From the IMG/VR virus record IMGVR_UViG_3300035180_001680: a stretch of 64,000 bases of DNA; one strand, 5' to 3'. The notes under the pieces are model-generated. The model did not search any database. It was not told the DNA's origin and was given only the letters and a program-made list of their open reading frames with translations. This stretch comes from a virus. Lineage: Duplodnaviria > Caudoviricetes. This document shows positions 20,183 to 29,784 of this stretch, piece by piece. Within the stretch, counting starts at the first letter, position 1; each line of letters opens with the position of its first letter. A program made the translations under genes and the position numbers.

Positions 20183-21709
20183 ATGGCTGGAACTATTTAC
20201 ACAATCGATTTTACTAATTCATCTGTAGACCCAACAAAAGCACCGTTTCAAATAAACCCTGGTGGCTTTGATGGACCAGCAGGTACAAATACTCACACAT
20301 CTCTTAATTTGTTTGGCGAAGGCTTCCTTCAATATGGGCAACGAGCAAATGAGAATTTTTTGTGGCTTTTGGAAAATTTTGCAAGTCCAGGTTGGCCACC
20401 AAATCCCACTATCGGACAACTTTGGTTTGACACAAGTGTAAATTTATTAAAAGTTTTTGACATGAGTCATAGTTGGAGTGTTGTCGCCGGTGGTGTTCCT
20501 CCTCCTAAAACATTCCTTATTGTTAGTGCAAACACTGGAACGTCTACATTCTACGTAAGCGGTGACGCAACACCGTATTTAACAGCTGGAGGACAGTTTA
20601 TAGTTCAAGGCGGAGCAAATGCTGGAACGTACACTATTTCATCTGCTGTGGGGTCGGTAACATATATCTCGGGGACAGATCAAACAGCGATTGTTGTAAC
20701 CTCAACAGTTCCTTCTTCTGCTGGTGGTGGAACGATCGTTTCTGCACCCTCTCCAACATCTCCAGTTACAGGTGAACTTTGGTTCAACGTGATTGAAGGT
20801 TCGTTGTATGTATATACAGGAGCTGCCTGGTCTAAGATTTTTTCAGGAAATGCAACTGGTGATATTGATATGTTAAACACACATAAAGTTATCAACCTTC
20901 CAGATCCAACAAATACCGATGATGCTGCTAACAAGAATTATGTTGATACACAAATATCAACATTATCATCTTCACTTTCATCTAGCAATCTGGGACTTCA
21001 GTCTCAAATAGATCAAAAGGTTACCAAAACAGGTGACACTATGACGGGGACTTTGGTGTTTTCTTCTGGTGGAATTAGTTTAAACAACGCAACGAATATT
21101 AATTTGATTGGTGGTAGTTTGGCTGTTAGTAATAATGGCAGCGTTTCCTTGTCAGTTGGTTCTATATTGACACTCGGCCAAGATCCTTCTTCACCATTGG
21201 AAGCTGCAACAAAACAATATGTCGATAGTCGACTTTATTCTTTACCCCAAGCAACGACTTCTGCGATAGGTGGAGTTGTATTAGCGACAGGAAGTGAAGC
21301 CATAGCCGGAACAAACACACAAAAAGCTATAACCCCTGTAGCTTTACAATCAGTTACAAATTTAATAACAACAGAGATTACATCTCGGGTGCCTTACGAT
21401 TTGTTAGTAGTTCCTTATTCTTCTTCGATTTCTTTCGACTTTGCAACTTCAAGAAACTTTTCTATAACTTTAACAGGACAAGTATCTATTCTCAGTCCAA
21501 CAAACCTAATAACAGGACAATCTGGGGTCATTTATATTATTCAAGATGGAACTGGAAGTAGAATGGCTTCTTTTTCAACAAGCACATGGAAGTTTGAAAA
21601 CGGAACAGTTCCAGCACTTTCAACAGCGGCTGGATCAATTGATGTGTTAGTGTATGAAGTCTACAACACTAACACAATTGTAGCTTCATTACTTAAAAAG
21701 GTTAGTTAA
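20183..21709 (+). CDS. Tail fibre protein 1 with C-terminal adaptor domain
   Basis: LLENFA..P.IGQLWFD anchor domain, AATKQYVD repeats, late promoter at 20137. Confidence 0.8.
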   Translation: MAGTIYTIDFTNSSVDPTKAPFQINPGGFDGPAGTNTHTSLNLFGEGFLQYGQRANENFLWLLENFASPGWPPNPTIGQLWFDTSVNLLKVFDMSHSWSVVAGGVPPPKTFLIVSANTGTSTFYVSGDATPYLTAGGQFIVQGGANAGTYTISSAVGSVTYISGTDQTAIVVTSTVPSSAGGGTIVSAPSPTSPVTGELWFNVIEGSLYVYTGAAWSKIFSGNATGDIDMLNTHKVINLPDPTNTDDAANKNYVDTQISTLSSSLSSSNLGLQSQIDQKVTKTGDTMTGTLVFSSGGISLNNATNINLIGGSLAVSNNGSVSLSVGSILTLGQDPSSPLEAATKQYVDSRLYSLPQATTSAIGGVVLATGSEAIAGTNTQKAITPVALQSVTNLITTEITSRVPYDLLVVPYSSSISFDFATSRNFSITLTGQVSILSPTNLITGQSGVIYIIQDGTGSRMASFSTSTWKFENGTVPALSTAAGSIDVLVYEVYNTNTIVASLLKKVS

Positions 21710-21710
21710 T

Positions 21711-22199
21711 ATGAGATATGCTTTTATTGAAAACAACAAAATTGCCCAGGTATTTGAGACTGGTCAGGCATTCACGTTAAATGGTTTTGGCTATCCACCC
21801 AATTGGTTAGATTTATCTACGTATTCGGAAAAAACAGAAATTGGTTTAGTTGAACTTACAGAATCAGTTCGTCCTAATCCAACATACCATTCTTGTTCAG
21901 AGAGTTTTGACATAGTAAATGGAGTTCCTTCTTCGGTTTGGGTGTGTACTGATTTGGATGTTACCACATTAAAAACAGAATTAACGAATATTGTAGATAA
22001 AGTGATGTTTAATTTACTATCACCAACAGATTGGTATGTAACTAGATTTACTGAAGTTGGAACCGCGATCCCACCAGAGATAACTGCAAATCGAGCTGCT
22101 ATTCGTTCTGAGTATGCTTCACTTAAACAGCAAATCGCTTCTTCAGTAACTATATCTGACCTTGAAACCGTTTGTGTAAATTTACCTACAATATTATGA
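21711..22199 (+). CDS. Tail fibre assembly-type protein A
   Basis: YPPNWL..TDWYVTRF.E.GT.IP; paralog of 24701..25174. Confidence 0.65.
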   Translation: MRYAFIENNKIAQVFETGQAFTLNGFGYPPNWLDLSTYSEKTEIGLVELTESVRPNPTYHSCSESFDIVNGVPSSVWVCTDLDVTTLKTELTNIVDKVMFNLLSPTDWYVTRFTEVGTAIPPEITANRAAIRSEYASLKQQIASSVTISDLETVCVNLPTIL

Positions 22200-22597
22200 A
22201 AAAATTATTACTTCGTCGTCATTCCACGTTAATTGCTGGAGGACCATTGATTTATACATATACAATCCCCAATAACGCTGGGGGAACAGGTGAGGGGTTT
22301 TATAGAACCATTGCTTCTTGGACGAATTCGACTGGTTTATCGGGGCACGTGAATGTAAATGGAACTTTTGCTCCAGCTACATGCGAAAAGGTTGTTGATT
22401 GGCAGATATTAGTTGATGGTGTATCTCAAGGTGCTCATCAAGTATATAACAGCGGGAGCTGTACTGCCGCTGCTTGGTCATTCAACCAAGATGTTCCTGT
22501 ATTGGACACGAGTGTTGTTGTTCTTCAGGTATACATATGGGGAGCTTATAATTCAGATCGTATCGGTTCTGGAATATTTAACATAAACGCTCACTAA
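22196..22597 (+). CDS. Putative fibre-tip adhesin A
   Basis: MKKLLL N-terminus, beta-rich; positional analog of 25171..25809. Confidence 0.5.
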   Translation: MKKLLLRRHSTLIAGGPLIYTYTIPNNAGGTGEGFYRTIASWTNSTGLSGHVNVNGTFAPATCEKVVDWQILVDGVSQGAHQVYNSGSCTAAAWSFNQDVPVLDTSVVVLQVYIWGAYNSDRIGSGIFNINAH

Positions 22598-22649
22598 TTA
22601 AAATAGTTCCCATAAATACTTTAAATTAATACAAAAAAGGAACGATTTT

Positions 22650-24287
22650 ATGGCACATTTAATTAATTTCACGGATTCGTCTATTGCTCCGGAAAAATCA
22701 GCCTTCGCCATACCAGAATATAAAACGGAAGGTCCTACCTCTCCACTTAACTCAACGCCAAATTCAGGAACACCTCCGTTTAATTCTGCAAAGGCATCTA
22801 CGACACTATTGTTAGTCGGTAAAGGTGTTCCTAACTACGGTGAAATCATTCAAAATAATTTAGTTCATCTTCTTGAGAATTTTGCAAGTAATGGAGTACC
22901 TCCTGTGTATCCCACAATTGGACAATTGTGGTATAATTATCAAACAAAAGAACTTTCTCTTTATAAAAATACGAATGTTTGGGATGGAATATTGAGTTTG
23001 TCGGGTGGAATTATGACAGGGCCCTTACATTTATCAGGTTCTCCTGTTACTGACGACCAAGCAGTTAATAAAAAATATGTGGACAATCTCGCCTCTTTAT
23101 ATGTTTTGTTGGATGGAACAAATTCAATGACAGGTCTTTTAACGTTAAGTGGTGATCCAACAACAAACTTACAGGCAGCTACGAAACAATATGTTGATAA
23201 TAGTTTGATATCTCACGAGAGCGATCTTGCGTTACATTTAACACCAACCGAGAACGTGTGGATCGATTCGATTACTGCAACATCAGCAGAAGTAAATTAC
23301 TTATCGGGGTCAACAAGCAACATTCAATTTCAGTTAAATCAAAAAGTTGCAAAAACAGGAGACACAATGACGGGATTATTAGTCTTGTCGGGTAATCCTG
23401 TTGACAATTTAGGTGCGGCGCCTAAACAATATGTTGATACTTCTTTAACAACTGCTTTATCTCAATATTTGCCGTTATCTGGTGGAATCCAAATGACAGG
23501 ATTTTTTGATTTAGTTGGGAATCCCGTAAGTGCACTACAGCCTGCTACAAAGCAATATGTAGACGCTGTTGCAGGAGGGGGAGGAGGGGGAGATGGTGTT
23601 GTTACAGGAGGTTCAATGGATCCACCAACGGGTATTCTTACTCTATCACGTAGTGTTGGTGGAAATGTTTTAATAAATAACATTGCTGCCTTTACTCATA
23701 CACACACTGCATCCGATGTTTCATATGTTATTTTATCAAATACGGGAATTTTAAACTATTCTTACAGTGTTTCACCGAATTATCCAAACATAACGGTTTT
23801 GGATGCTTTGTCGAGTTTTGATCGATATGCAGCAAGCACAATATCACCTACATTCTCAGGTACAGTTACTCTTGGTCAAGATCCAGTTTTACCTCTTGAA
23901 GCAGCTACGAAACAATATGTTGATACTTCTTTAACAACTACTTTATCTCAATATTTGCCGTTATCTGGTGGAATCCAAATGACAGGATTTTTTGATTTAG
24001 TTGGGAATCCCGTAAGTGCACTACAGCCTGCTACAAAGCAATATACCGACAACAAAACGACGATTCAACGAACTCTTATAACTTCAACTGGACAAACGGT
24101 ATTTGATTTTACTACATCATCACCTAACATATCATATGTTGTTGGTTCAAACAATTTGTGGGTCTTTGTTAATGGAATTAAAGCATACATAACCGATTCA
24201 TATTTAGAAACATCAACGACTTCAGTAACGTTTACTTATACTGTTCCTGTGGGAGTAAATGTTGAGTTCCTGGTTTTTGGAATATAA
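22650..24287 (+). CDS. Tail fibre protein 2
   Basis: N-terminal domain paralogous to 20183; many MTG..ATKQYVD repeats. Confidence 0.8.
   Translation: MAHLINFTDSSIAPEKSAFAIPEYKTEGPTSPLNSTPNSGTPPFNSAKASTTLLLVGKGVPNYGEIIQNNLVHLLENFASNGVPPVYPTIGQLWYNYQTKELSLYKNTNVWDGILSLSGGIMTGPLHLSGSPVTDDQAVNKKYVDNLASLYVLLDGTNSMTGLLTLSGDPTTNLQAATKQYVDNSLISHESDLALHLTPTENVWIDSITATSAEVNYLSGSTSNIQFQLNQKVAKTGDTMTGLLVLSGNPVDNLGAAPKQYVDTSLTTALSQYLPLSGGIQMTGFFDLVGNPVSALQPATKQYVDAVAGGGGGGDGVVTGGSMDPPTGILTLSRSVGGNVLINNIAAFTHTHTASDVSYVILSNTGILNYSYSVSPNYPNITVLDALSSFDRYAASTISPTFSGTVTLGQDPVLPLEAATKQYVDTSLTTTLSQYLPLSGGIQMTGFFDLVGNPVSALQPATKQYTDNKTTIQRTLITSTGQTVFDFTTSSPNISYVVGSNNLWVFVNGIKAYITDSYLETSTTSVTFTYTVPVGVNVEFLVFGI
23424..23558 (+). 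repeat. 135-bp direct repeat, copy 1
   Basis: Identical to 23910..24044 except one G/A. Confidence 0.9.
23910..24044 (+). repeat. 135-bp direct repeat, copy 2
   Basis: See copy 1. Confidence 0.9.
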
Positions 24288-24303
24288 CAAGGAGTTTTAA
24301 TAA

Positions 24304-24699
24304 ATGACTATTGCAACAATAAAAGCATTTCAAGTAGACACAAATGAAATAGTTGATGTTCCAACGTTTAACTCTCGAGTTCCTTGGAATATGTTAACAT
24401 TACCGTATTCAACTTTATTGGTTCCTGATTTTACATTGTCACGCAACTTTATCGTAACATTGACAGGAAATACAACATTTGATAATCCATTAAATGTTAC
24501 CCCTGGACAGTCGGGAGTAATTTATATTGTTCAAGATGAAGTTGGAAGTCGTTCTGCGGCATTTAATAGTTTTTGGAGTTTTGAGGAGGGGGTTGCACCC
24601 ACGTTGTCAACACTTCCTGGTGTAGTCGACGTATTAGTATATGAAGTTTACACTACTACCAGAGTAGTAGCAACGCTGTTAAGAAGGGTTGGAGGTTAA
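24304..24699 (+). CDS. Stand-alone fibre adaptor domain
   Basis: Paralog of the C-terminal ~105 aa of 20183..21709 (SRNF.TLTG..GQSGVIYI.QD..DVLVYEVY). Confidence 0.75.
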   Translation: MTIATIKAFQVDTNEIVDVPTFNSRVPWNMLTLPYSTLLVPDFTLSRNFIVTLTGNTTFDNPLNVTPGQSGVIYIVQDEVGSRSAAFNSFWSFEEGVAPTLSTLPGVVDVLVYEVYTTTRVVATLLRRVGG

Positions 24700-24700
24700 T

Positions 24701-25174
24701 ATGAATTATGTCGTAATTGAAAATGGTGTTATTGTAATGGAACTTATTAGTGGTGTTCCGTTTACACTTCACGGTATTCAGTACCCAAACAATTGGCTTG
24801 AACTTTCAACTGATCTTGAAAAAACAGATCGGGGAATTGTTCTTGTCAATGAAGTTGCTCAACCTAACACCTTTTTCTATGATGTATCAGGATCAGTTCA
24901 ATTAATTGGAGGAGTTCCAACGCGTGTGTGGCAAACAACAGATAAAGATCTGGTAACGTTACAACAACAGTTAACTGAAATTGTAAAAAATAAAGCAAAC
25001 ACTGATTTGCGTTCTACTGATTGGTATGTTACTAGATTTGTTGAAATGGGAACATCCATTCCAAGTGATATATCTAATCAACGAAACAATATTCGAACAA
25101 CCTTAAATAACAATGAAACTAATATTACAAATGCAACATCGGTTAGCATTCTTGAAAGCTTGAATTTAGTATGA
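24701..25174 (+). CDS. Tail fibre assembly-type protein B
   Basis: YPNNWL..TDWYVTRFVEMGTSIP; GGAGG RBS. Confidence 0.65.
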   Translation: MNYVVIENGVIVMELISGVPFTLHGIQYPNNWLELSTDLEKTDRGIVLVNEVAQPNTFFYDVSGSVQLIGGVPTRVWQTTDKDLVTLQQQLTEIVKNKANTDLRSTDWYVTRFVEMGTSIPSDISNQRNNIRTTLNNNETNITNATSVSILESLNLV

Positions 25175-25809
25175 GAAAATTATTACTTCATTCCCCGAGA
25201 AGATTAATTTATATTGGAACGGATTCAACAACAAGTGATTTATCTACATATTCATTTACATTTGTGATTCCGTATGGTGGATTGGTAATAGCCACAATGG
25301 CAATTGGGATATTGACAGGAGATGGTTCACAAGAGTTTACACAAACGACTATCGGTGGTGTTCCAGTTACCCCCTTGGTGAATTTTTCAAGTACAGAACC
25401 AACAACAATATTTACTAGAAGAATAATATCTGGTGGTTCAGTTACTGTTACAGGAACTGTTCCTGTAACAGGTGTTAGGTCTTCCGTAGGAATATTTTTA
25501 TTGTCTAATAACAACAGTGATGTTCCAGTGTTTACAGGTTCTAATATAACACCAGGAACTTCTGTTTCTTTAACAACTTCTGCGTCTGGTGTTGGAGTAT
25601 TTTTCTCCACCTCGGATAATCTAGCAGAAACCATTAATTGGACACCAAACGTAACAGAACAATATGAACATCTTTTAACAGATGGGACGGGATTCAGTTC
25701 TCATGCAGCGGCTACAACAAACGGAATCATGCCAACAGGTAATGTTGTAACAGCAAGTGGAACTGGATCTACTCATACTAGAAATTTGGTTGGAGCTATT
25801 TGGATCTAA
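25171..25809 (+). CDS. Putative fibre-tip adhesin B
   Basis: MRKLLL N-terminus, Ser/Thr/Gly beta-rich. Confidence 0.5.
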   Translation: MRKLLLHSPRRLIYIGTDSTTSDLSTYSFTFVIPYGGLVIATMAIGILTGDGSQEFTQTTIGGVPVTPLVNFSSTEPTTIFTRRIISGGSVTVTGTVPVTGVRSSVGIFLLSNNNSDVPVFTGSNITPGTSVSLTTSASGVGVFFSTSDNLAETINWTPNVTEQYEHLLTDGTGFSSHAAATTNGIMPTGNVVTASGTGSTHTRNLVGAIWI

Positions 25810-25824
25810 TAACCTGGAGAAAAG

Positions 25825-26187
25825 TTGGTGTTTGTTGAAAACGAAATTCAAAATTTGAAATTCTATGATATGTTTGGTGGTTCCACTAGAATTAACTCAA
25901 ATGATATTATATTCAAATTTGTGTGTGTTCGAAAATTTTCTTTGTTGAATAATGTGGATGGTTCAATGGCTATTATTGATGAATTAACCACGTCCCCTTT
26001 TGTTGTTAGCCTTCAGAAGAATGGTTATCAATTTGCAACAATTACCTTTAATTCCAATTCACAAGCGGGGGTGTTTGAAGGTATACCCGTGAGTTTTGAA
26101 ATTGGTGACATTTTATCTGTTGTTGCTCCTGTATTATACGAATCAACAAATTCAGGAATTTGGTTTACTATTTCTGGAGTATTATAA
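25825..26187 (+). CDS. Hypothetical structural protein
   Basis: GTG start after GGAG. Confidence 0.55.
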   Translation: MVFVENEIQNLKFYDMFGGSTRINSNDIIFKFVCVRKFSLLNNVDGSMAIIDELTTSPFVVSLQKNGYQFATITFNSNSQAGVFEGIPVSFEIGDILSVVAPVLYESTNSGIWFTISGVL

Positions 26188-26726
26188 TGCGATATATAAT
26201 AACAAAAAATAATACTATCCTACAAATCCTTCAAAAAGAACCTTTGTTTATTCCATCCACCACAACTTGTTTAGTTTATAATGGAAGCGAACTTGATGAA
26301 AGTTTATTCGTTGAAGACAATCAAATTAAAATAAAAGAATTTAAAATACAGCAGTATCAACATGAACAATTTGAACTTATACAAACCAGAATAGATGAGT
26401 TGCGTTCTTTATTTGCCTCTGTTATTTCGAGTCAAAATGATGTTTATTGGGAAAAAACACAGGAAGCAATAGATTATGCATCGTTAGGGTTCCCCGAAGA
26501 TATCTCAAATTATCCATTTATTGCCGTTGATATCGAATTAACAGGTAAAACAGGAAAAGAGGTAACACAGAATATTTTAACTAAACGAAAACAGTGGTTA
26601 AGTATAGCTGCACAAACAGAAAAAATTAGAAAACAAGCGTATAGCAAAATTTTTGTTTGTGAAACTAAAGAATGTGTCGATAATGTTATACAAAATATAT
26701 TTTTACAATTAGATAGTCTTTCTTGA
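26187..26726 (+). CDS. Hypothetical (tail assembly-like) protein
   Basis: TAATG coupling; VYWEKTQEA motif. Confidence 0.55.
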   Translation: MRYIITKNNTILQILQKEPLFIPSTTTCLVYNGSELDESLFVEDNQIKIKEFKIQQYQHEQFELIQTRIDELRSLFASVISSQNDVYWEKTQEAIDYASLGFPEDISNYPFIAVDIELTGKTGKEVTQNILTKRKQWLSIAAQTEKIRKQAYSKIFVCETKECVDNVIQNIFLQLDSLS

Positions 26727-26751
26727 CAATTTTTTCAATATCAGGTATAAT
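26723..26751 (+). promoter_or_regulatory. Consensus sigma70 promoter
   Basis: TTGACA-N17-TATAAT directly before the second DnaE-like fragment. Confidence 0.85.
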
Positions 26752-26757
26752 TAAAAT

Positions 26758-27342
26758 ATGCCTGATATTGATATTGATACTCAAACCTCATTCGACGCAC
26801 AGAGTGTTTTTAAAACTTCTGTTGCTGCTTCTATGGTAAAAAATGAAGAACTTGTACGACATCCAGTTGGAACGTATTTTCAAGAAATTCCGAAAGATAA
26901 AGTAACAGGTTTATCAGCTATACCATATAAAGATGCTGAAGACTTGGGATATTTTAAAGTTGATTTCTTGCACCTGTCATTACTTGATTATTTTGAAAAC
27001 AAGAATGAAATTAGAGTGTTATTGAAAAAAGAACCAAATTGGGATTTATTGAAGATTCCATCTGTTGTTAGTAAACTGTTTCACTTATCGAACCACTATG
27101 ATGTTGTTTCTAGAATTGCCCCAAGGTCCATCCAAGAGTTGGCTGACGTTCTCGCTTTAATTCGTCCTGGGAAAAAATACTTGTTAGAAGCTTATATTAA
27201 AGACAGAGATATTGTTCGCGATGAGTTGTATAAAACACCAACTAAAAAGAATGCCATTTGGTTTAAAAGAAGTCATTCTGTTGCTTACGCCCACAATATT
27301 GTACTCCAACTCCATTTAATAAACGTAGGAATTGAAATTTAG
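26758..27342 (+). CDS. DNA polymerase III alpha (DnaE)-like, catalytic fragment
   Basis: MPDIDID, RHPVG, GYFKVDFL, LALIRPG, FKRSHSVAYA. Confidence 0.85.
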   Translation: MPDIDIDTQTSFDAQSVFKTSVAASMVKNEELVRHPVGTYFQEIPKDKVTGLSAIPYKDAEDLGYFKVDFLHLSLLDYFENKNEIRVLLKKEPNWDLLKIPSVVSKLFHLSNHYDVVSRIAPRSIQELADVLALIRPGKKYLLEAYIKDRDIVRDELYKTPTKKNAIWFKRSHSVAYAHNIVLQLHLINVGIEI

Positions 27343-27359
27343 TATAAATATATTAAATC

Positions 27360-27761
27360 TTGGAGAATATAATGCGTGTCATGCCAACGGTTAACTTAAC
27401 CAATCACCAAAAAATGCTACTTGCTAAAATAGCAAATGCACCAGAATCCCCTAATGGTGGAAAAAAAATTCATATTGATAGTGATAAATTGAGTAGTGCA
27501 AAAGAATTTTTGTTGAAACTTAATTTAATTACATTTGATACAGAAACCGAATTAATGAATCTTACAGATACAGCAATAGTTCTAATGCAAGAGGAAGGCA
27601 TTTTGGATGAAACAGGACAACTTACAGATATAGGTAAACAATATGCAAAAGGAGAAACTCCTTCCACCACTGAAGAATCTGCTTCTCCTCAAAATCAACA
27701 ATTGTCAAACGAAACTTTTCACATTTCGTTTAAAAATTATCTTATGTTGCTCGAAAGGTAA
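27360..27761 (+). CDS. Hypothetical late protein
   Basis: TATAAATA at 27343. Confidence 0.65.
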   Translation: MENIMRVMPTVNLTNHQKMLLAKIANAPESPNGGKKIHIDSDKLSSAKEFLLKLNLITFDTETELMNLTDTAIVLMQEEGILDETGQLTDIGKQYAKGETPSTTEESASPQNQQLSNETFHISFKNYLMLLER

Positions 27762-28143
27762 TAATGTTACTCGGGGAAACTCTTCGTTTCCTACGAATCT
27801 TTTGAATGTTATCCATATCAAAGGAAGGAATTGGGCCAATAACTCGGGACACGGAATCCACAGCATACGAACGATATATTTTGGATGCTTCGGATGTTAA
27901 TCCTTTTTTTGCAAACTCTATTGATACAGGATATGGAGGATTTTTACTATTCCACCACTCATTTGCAACATTAATAATTTCAATTTCATCTACGTTTGCT
28001 ACTTCACAAAAGTCCAATACATATGCTTTTATTGTTTTTTTGTCACAATTGTCGATTATTGTTAATAAATGTTTTTCGTTAAACTGAATCAGTGTGATGA
28101 ATGAATAACCGTTATACTCTTCTGGATGTGTTTCTACTATCAT
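27742..28143 (-). CDS. Hypothetical protein
   Basis: 133-aa ORF. Confidence 0.65.
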   Translation of the reverse strand: MIVETHPEEYNGYSFITLIQFNEKHLLTIIDNCDKKTIKAYVLDFCEVANVDEIEIINVANEWWNSKNPPYPVSIEFAKKGLTSEASKIYRSYAVDSVSRVIGPIPSFDMDNIQKIRRKRRVSPSNIITFRAT

Positions 28144-28231
28144 GTTGTTCTCTGTAATTGTTCTTCACGGGTTATTTATAGTGTAGGAACGAATAGTGAT
28201 AAATAAATATAATAAATTGAAAAGAAAAAAT

Positions 28232-28762
28232 ATGCCTCTAACCTTTAAAGACTATTTGAGCAAAAACTCTATTACTAATCCTATTAATCGAAATCAAGCA
28301 AACGCTGGTTCTGGTTATTATGCTGGTTATAATAATCCACACAATAAACAACAGATTGGTGATGTTGTGGGTGGTTCTATATCTTCAACATTACCAGACG
28401 AAGACAATGAAGAAAATGATGATTTATTACAGTTAGATGTAGAAAATACTGAAGATCAAGATCAGATGGACCCACAACAAACGACAGTAGATGAACAAGA
28501 TCCTAATAGACAGGGAGCCATCCGTGTTGTTAAAGGTGCTCACCTGGTGTATAAACGTGAGTCAGAAGATGGAACTTTTTCAGAATTGTGGGTATATAAG
28601 ATTGGTGACCAACGAACAGATGAATTTAAAATTCGAAAAAATATACTGGCTGGAACAGATATTCCAATTGATAATACAGCATCAGAAGATGGAACACAAA
28701 CATATTCTTTGTGGACTTCCGGAAACGTTCAGATGATAAAAATTGAAGGATTACCAAATTAA
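28232..28762 (+). CDS. Hypothetical acidic late protein
   Basis: MPLTFKDYL start, ATAAATA upstream. Confidence 0.65.
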   Translation: MPLTFKDYLSKNSITNPINRNQANAGSGYYAGYNNPHNKQQIGDVVGGSISSTLPDEDNEENDDLLQLDVENTEDQDQMDPQQTTVDEQDPNRQGAIRVVKGAHLVYKRESEDGTFSELWVYKIGDQRTDEFKIRKNILAGTDIPIDNTASEDGTQTYSLWTSGNVQMIKIEGLPN

Positions 28763-28821
28763 TCGTAGATTTGTTTTTGTCTTTATTGTATAATATATGT
28801 TATATTTTGAAGAGGCAAAAC

Positions 28822-29160
28822 ATGAATGATAAACCTTCTATCATTGAAAATGATGAGTTTTCCTATGAATTAATAAGCGACTCCATTCAAGAATCTGTGG
28901 AAACAACAGATAAGTTAACAGTTGAAGAACAAGTTGAAACTGAAATAATGTCAATGCTTAAACAAGTTGTCGAATATAGATCAAAGTTCAGTGAAGCGAA
29001 GACGTCAGCTAAACGAAAGTATTTTTCAAAGAAAATTCAACACATTACACCAATAATCGAACAAGCATTATCATTCTATGAACGATTCAAAGTTCAAAAA
29101 CAAGCTGCTGTTGAAAAAAAGTTAGCTGAAATAAAAGAAGAATTAGTAGAGGTGGAATAA
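28822..29160 (+). CDS. Hypothetical protein
   Basis: ORF with GAGG RBS. Confidence 0.6.
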   Translation: MNDKPSIIENDEFSYELISDSIQESVETTDKLTVEEQVETEIMSMLKQVVEYRSKFSEAKTSAKRKYFSKKIQHITPIIEQALSFYERFKVQKQAAVEKKLAEIKEELVEVE

Positions 29161-29771
29161 TGCTAATTGCTATTTCCGGGAGTCAAGGTAGTGGCAAATC
29201 TACCATTATTAATGAGTTAGTGAAACGAGAGTTCCATGATGGACAAGAATATGTTCACGCAAAAACGATTGATAGAAAAACTTCGCGGTCTATTCTCTCT
29301 GAATGGAATGTCACTCTAGAAGAAGTTAATAACAACCCTGATCTTACGCTTAAATTTCAAGACGAGATTATTCTTCGTAAATATAACGATGAATGTGATG
29401 CAGTTAATTCTTCCCAGTTGTATTATGGAGAACGGACGTATGCGGATTTATTTACATATGCGCTTATTTCTTTGGGAAAAGACAACAAATATTCAGACTG
29501 GTTAAATGAGTATTACAAAAGATGTATGTTGTTTCAACAACATTACGAGCATGTTTATTACTTACGTGCAGGATATTTTAATGTTGTAAGCGATGGGGTT
29601 CGTGGGGCAGGTAAACATTACAGTCGAATGGTTGATTTGGTTATGTTAGATTATACTCAACAGATGACGATGAGTAGTAAGATCAACACCATTCAAACAC
29701 CAGATTTGGAAGAACGTATTAATATAATTGCAACACAAAGTGAATATAATTGGAAAAATAAGACAAAATAA
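29160..29771 (+). CDS. P-loop nucleotide kinase-like protein (AAA_28/NMP-kinase type)
   Basis: IAISGSQGSGKST, ERTYAD. Confidence 0.75.
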   Translation: MLIAISGSQGSGKSTIINELVKREFHDGQEYVHAKTIDRKTSRSILSEWNVTLEEVNNNPDLTLKFQDEIILRKYNDECDAVNSSQLYYGERTYADLFTYALISLGKDNKYSDWLNEYYKRCMLFQQHYEHVYYLRAGYFNVVSDGVRGAGKHYSRMVDLVMLDYTQQMTMSSKINTIQTPDLEERINIIATQSEYNWKNKTK

Positions 29772-29784
29772 TAAGGAGAAATAT

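Noticed and set aside
23424-24044. Diversity-generating retroelement TR/VR pair
   Set aside because: Only one mismatch, both copies are mid-gene, and there is no reverse transcriptase in the window.
392-25634. Antisense/alternate-frame ORFs in fibre and replication genes (e.g. 46..303, 392..757, 20680..20934, 25209..25634)
   Set aside because: Codon-bias shadows of well-supported + strand genes.
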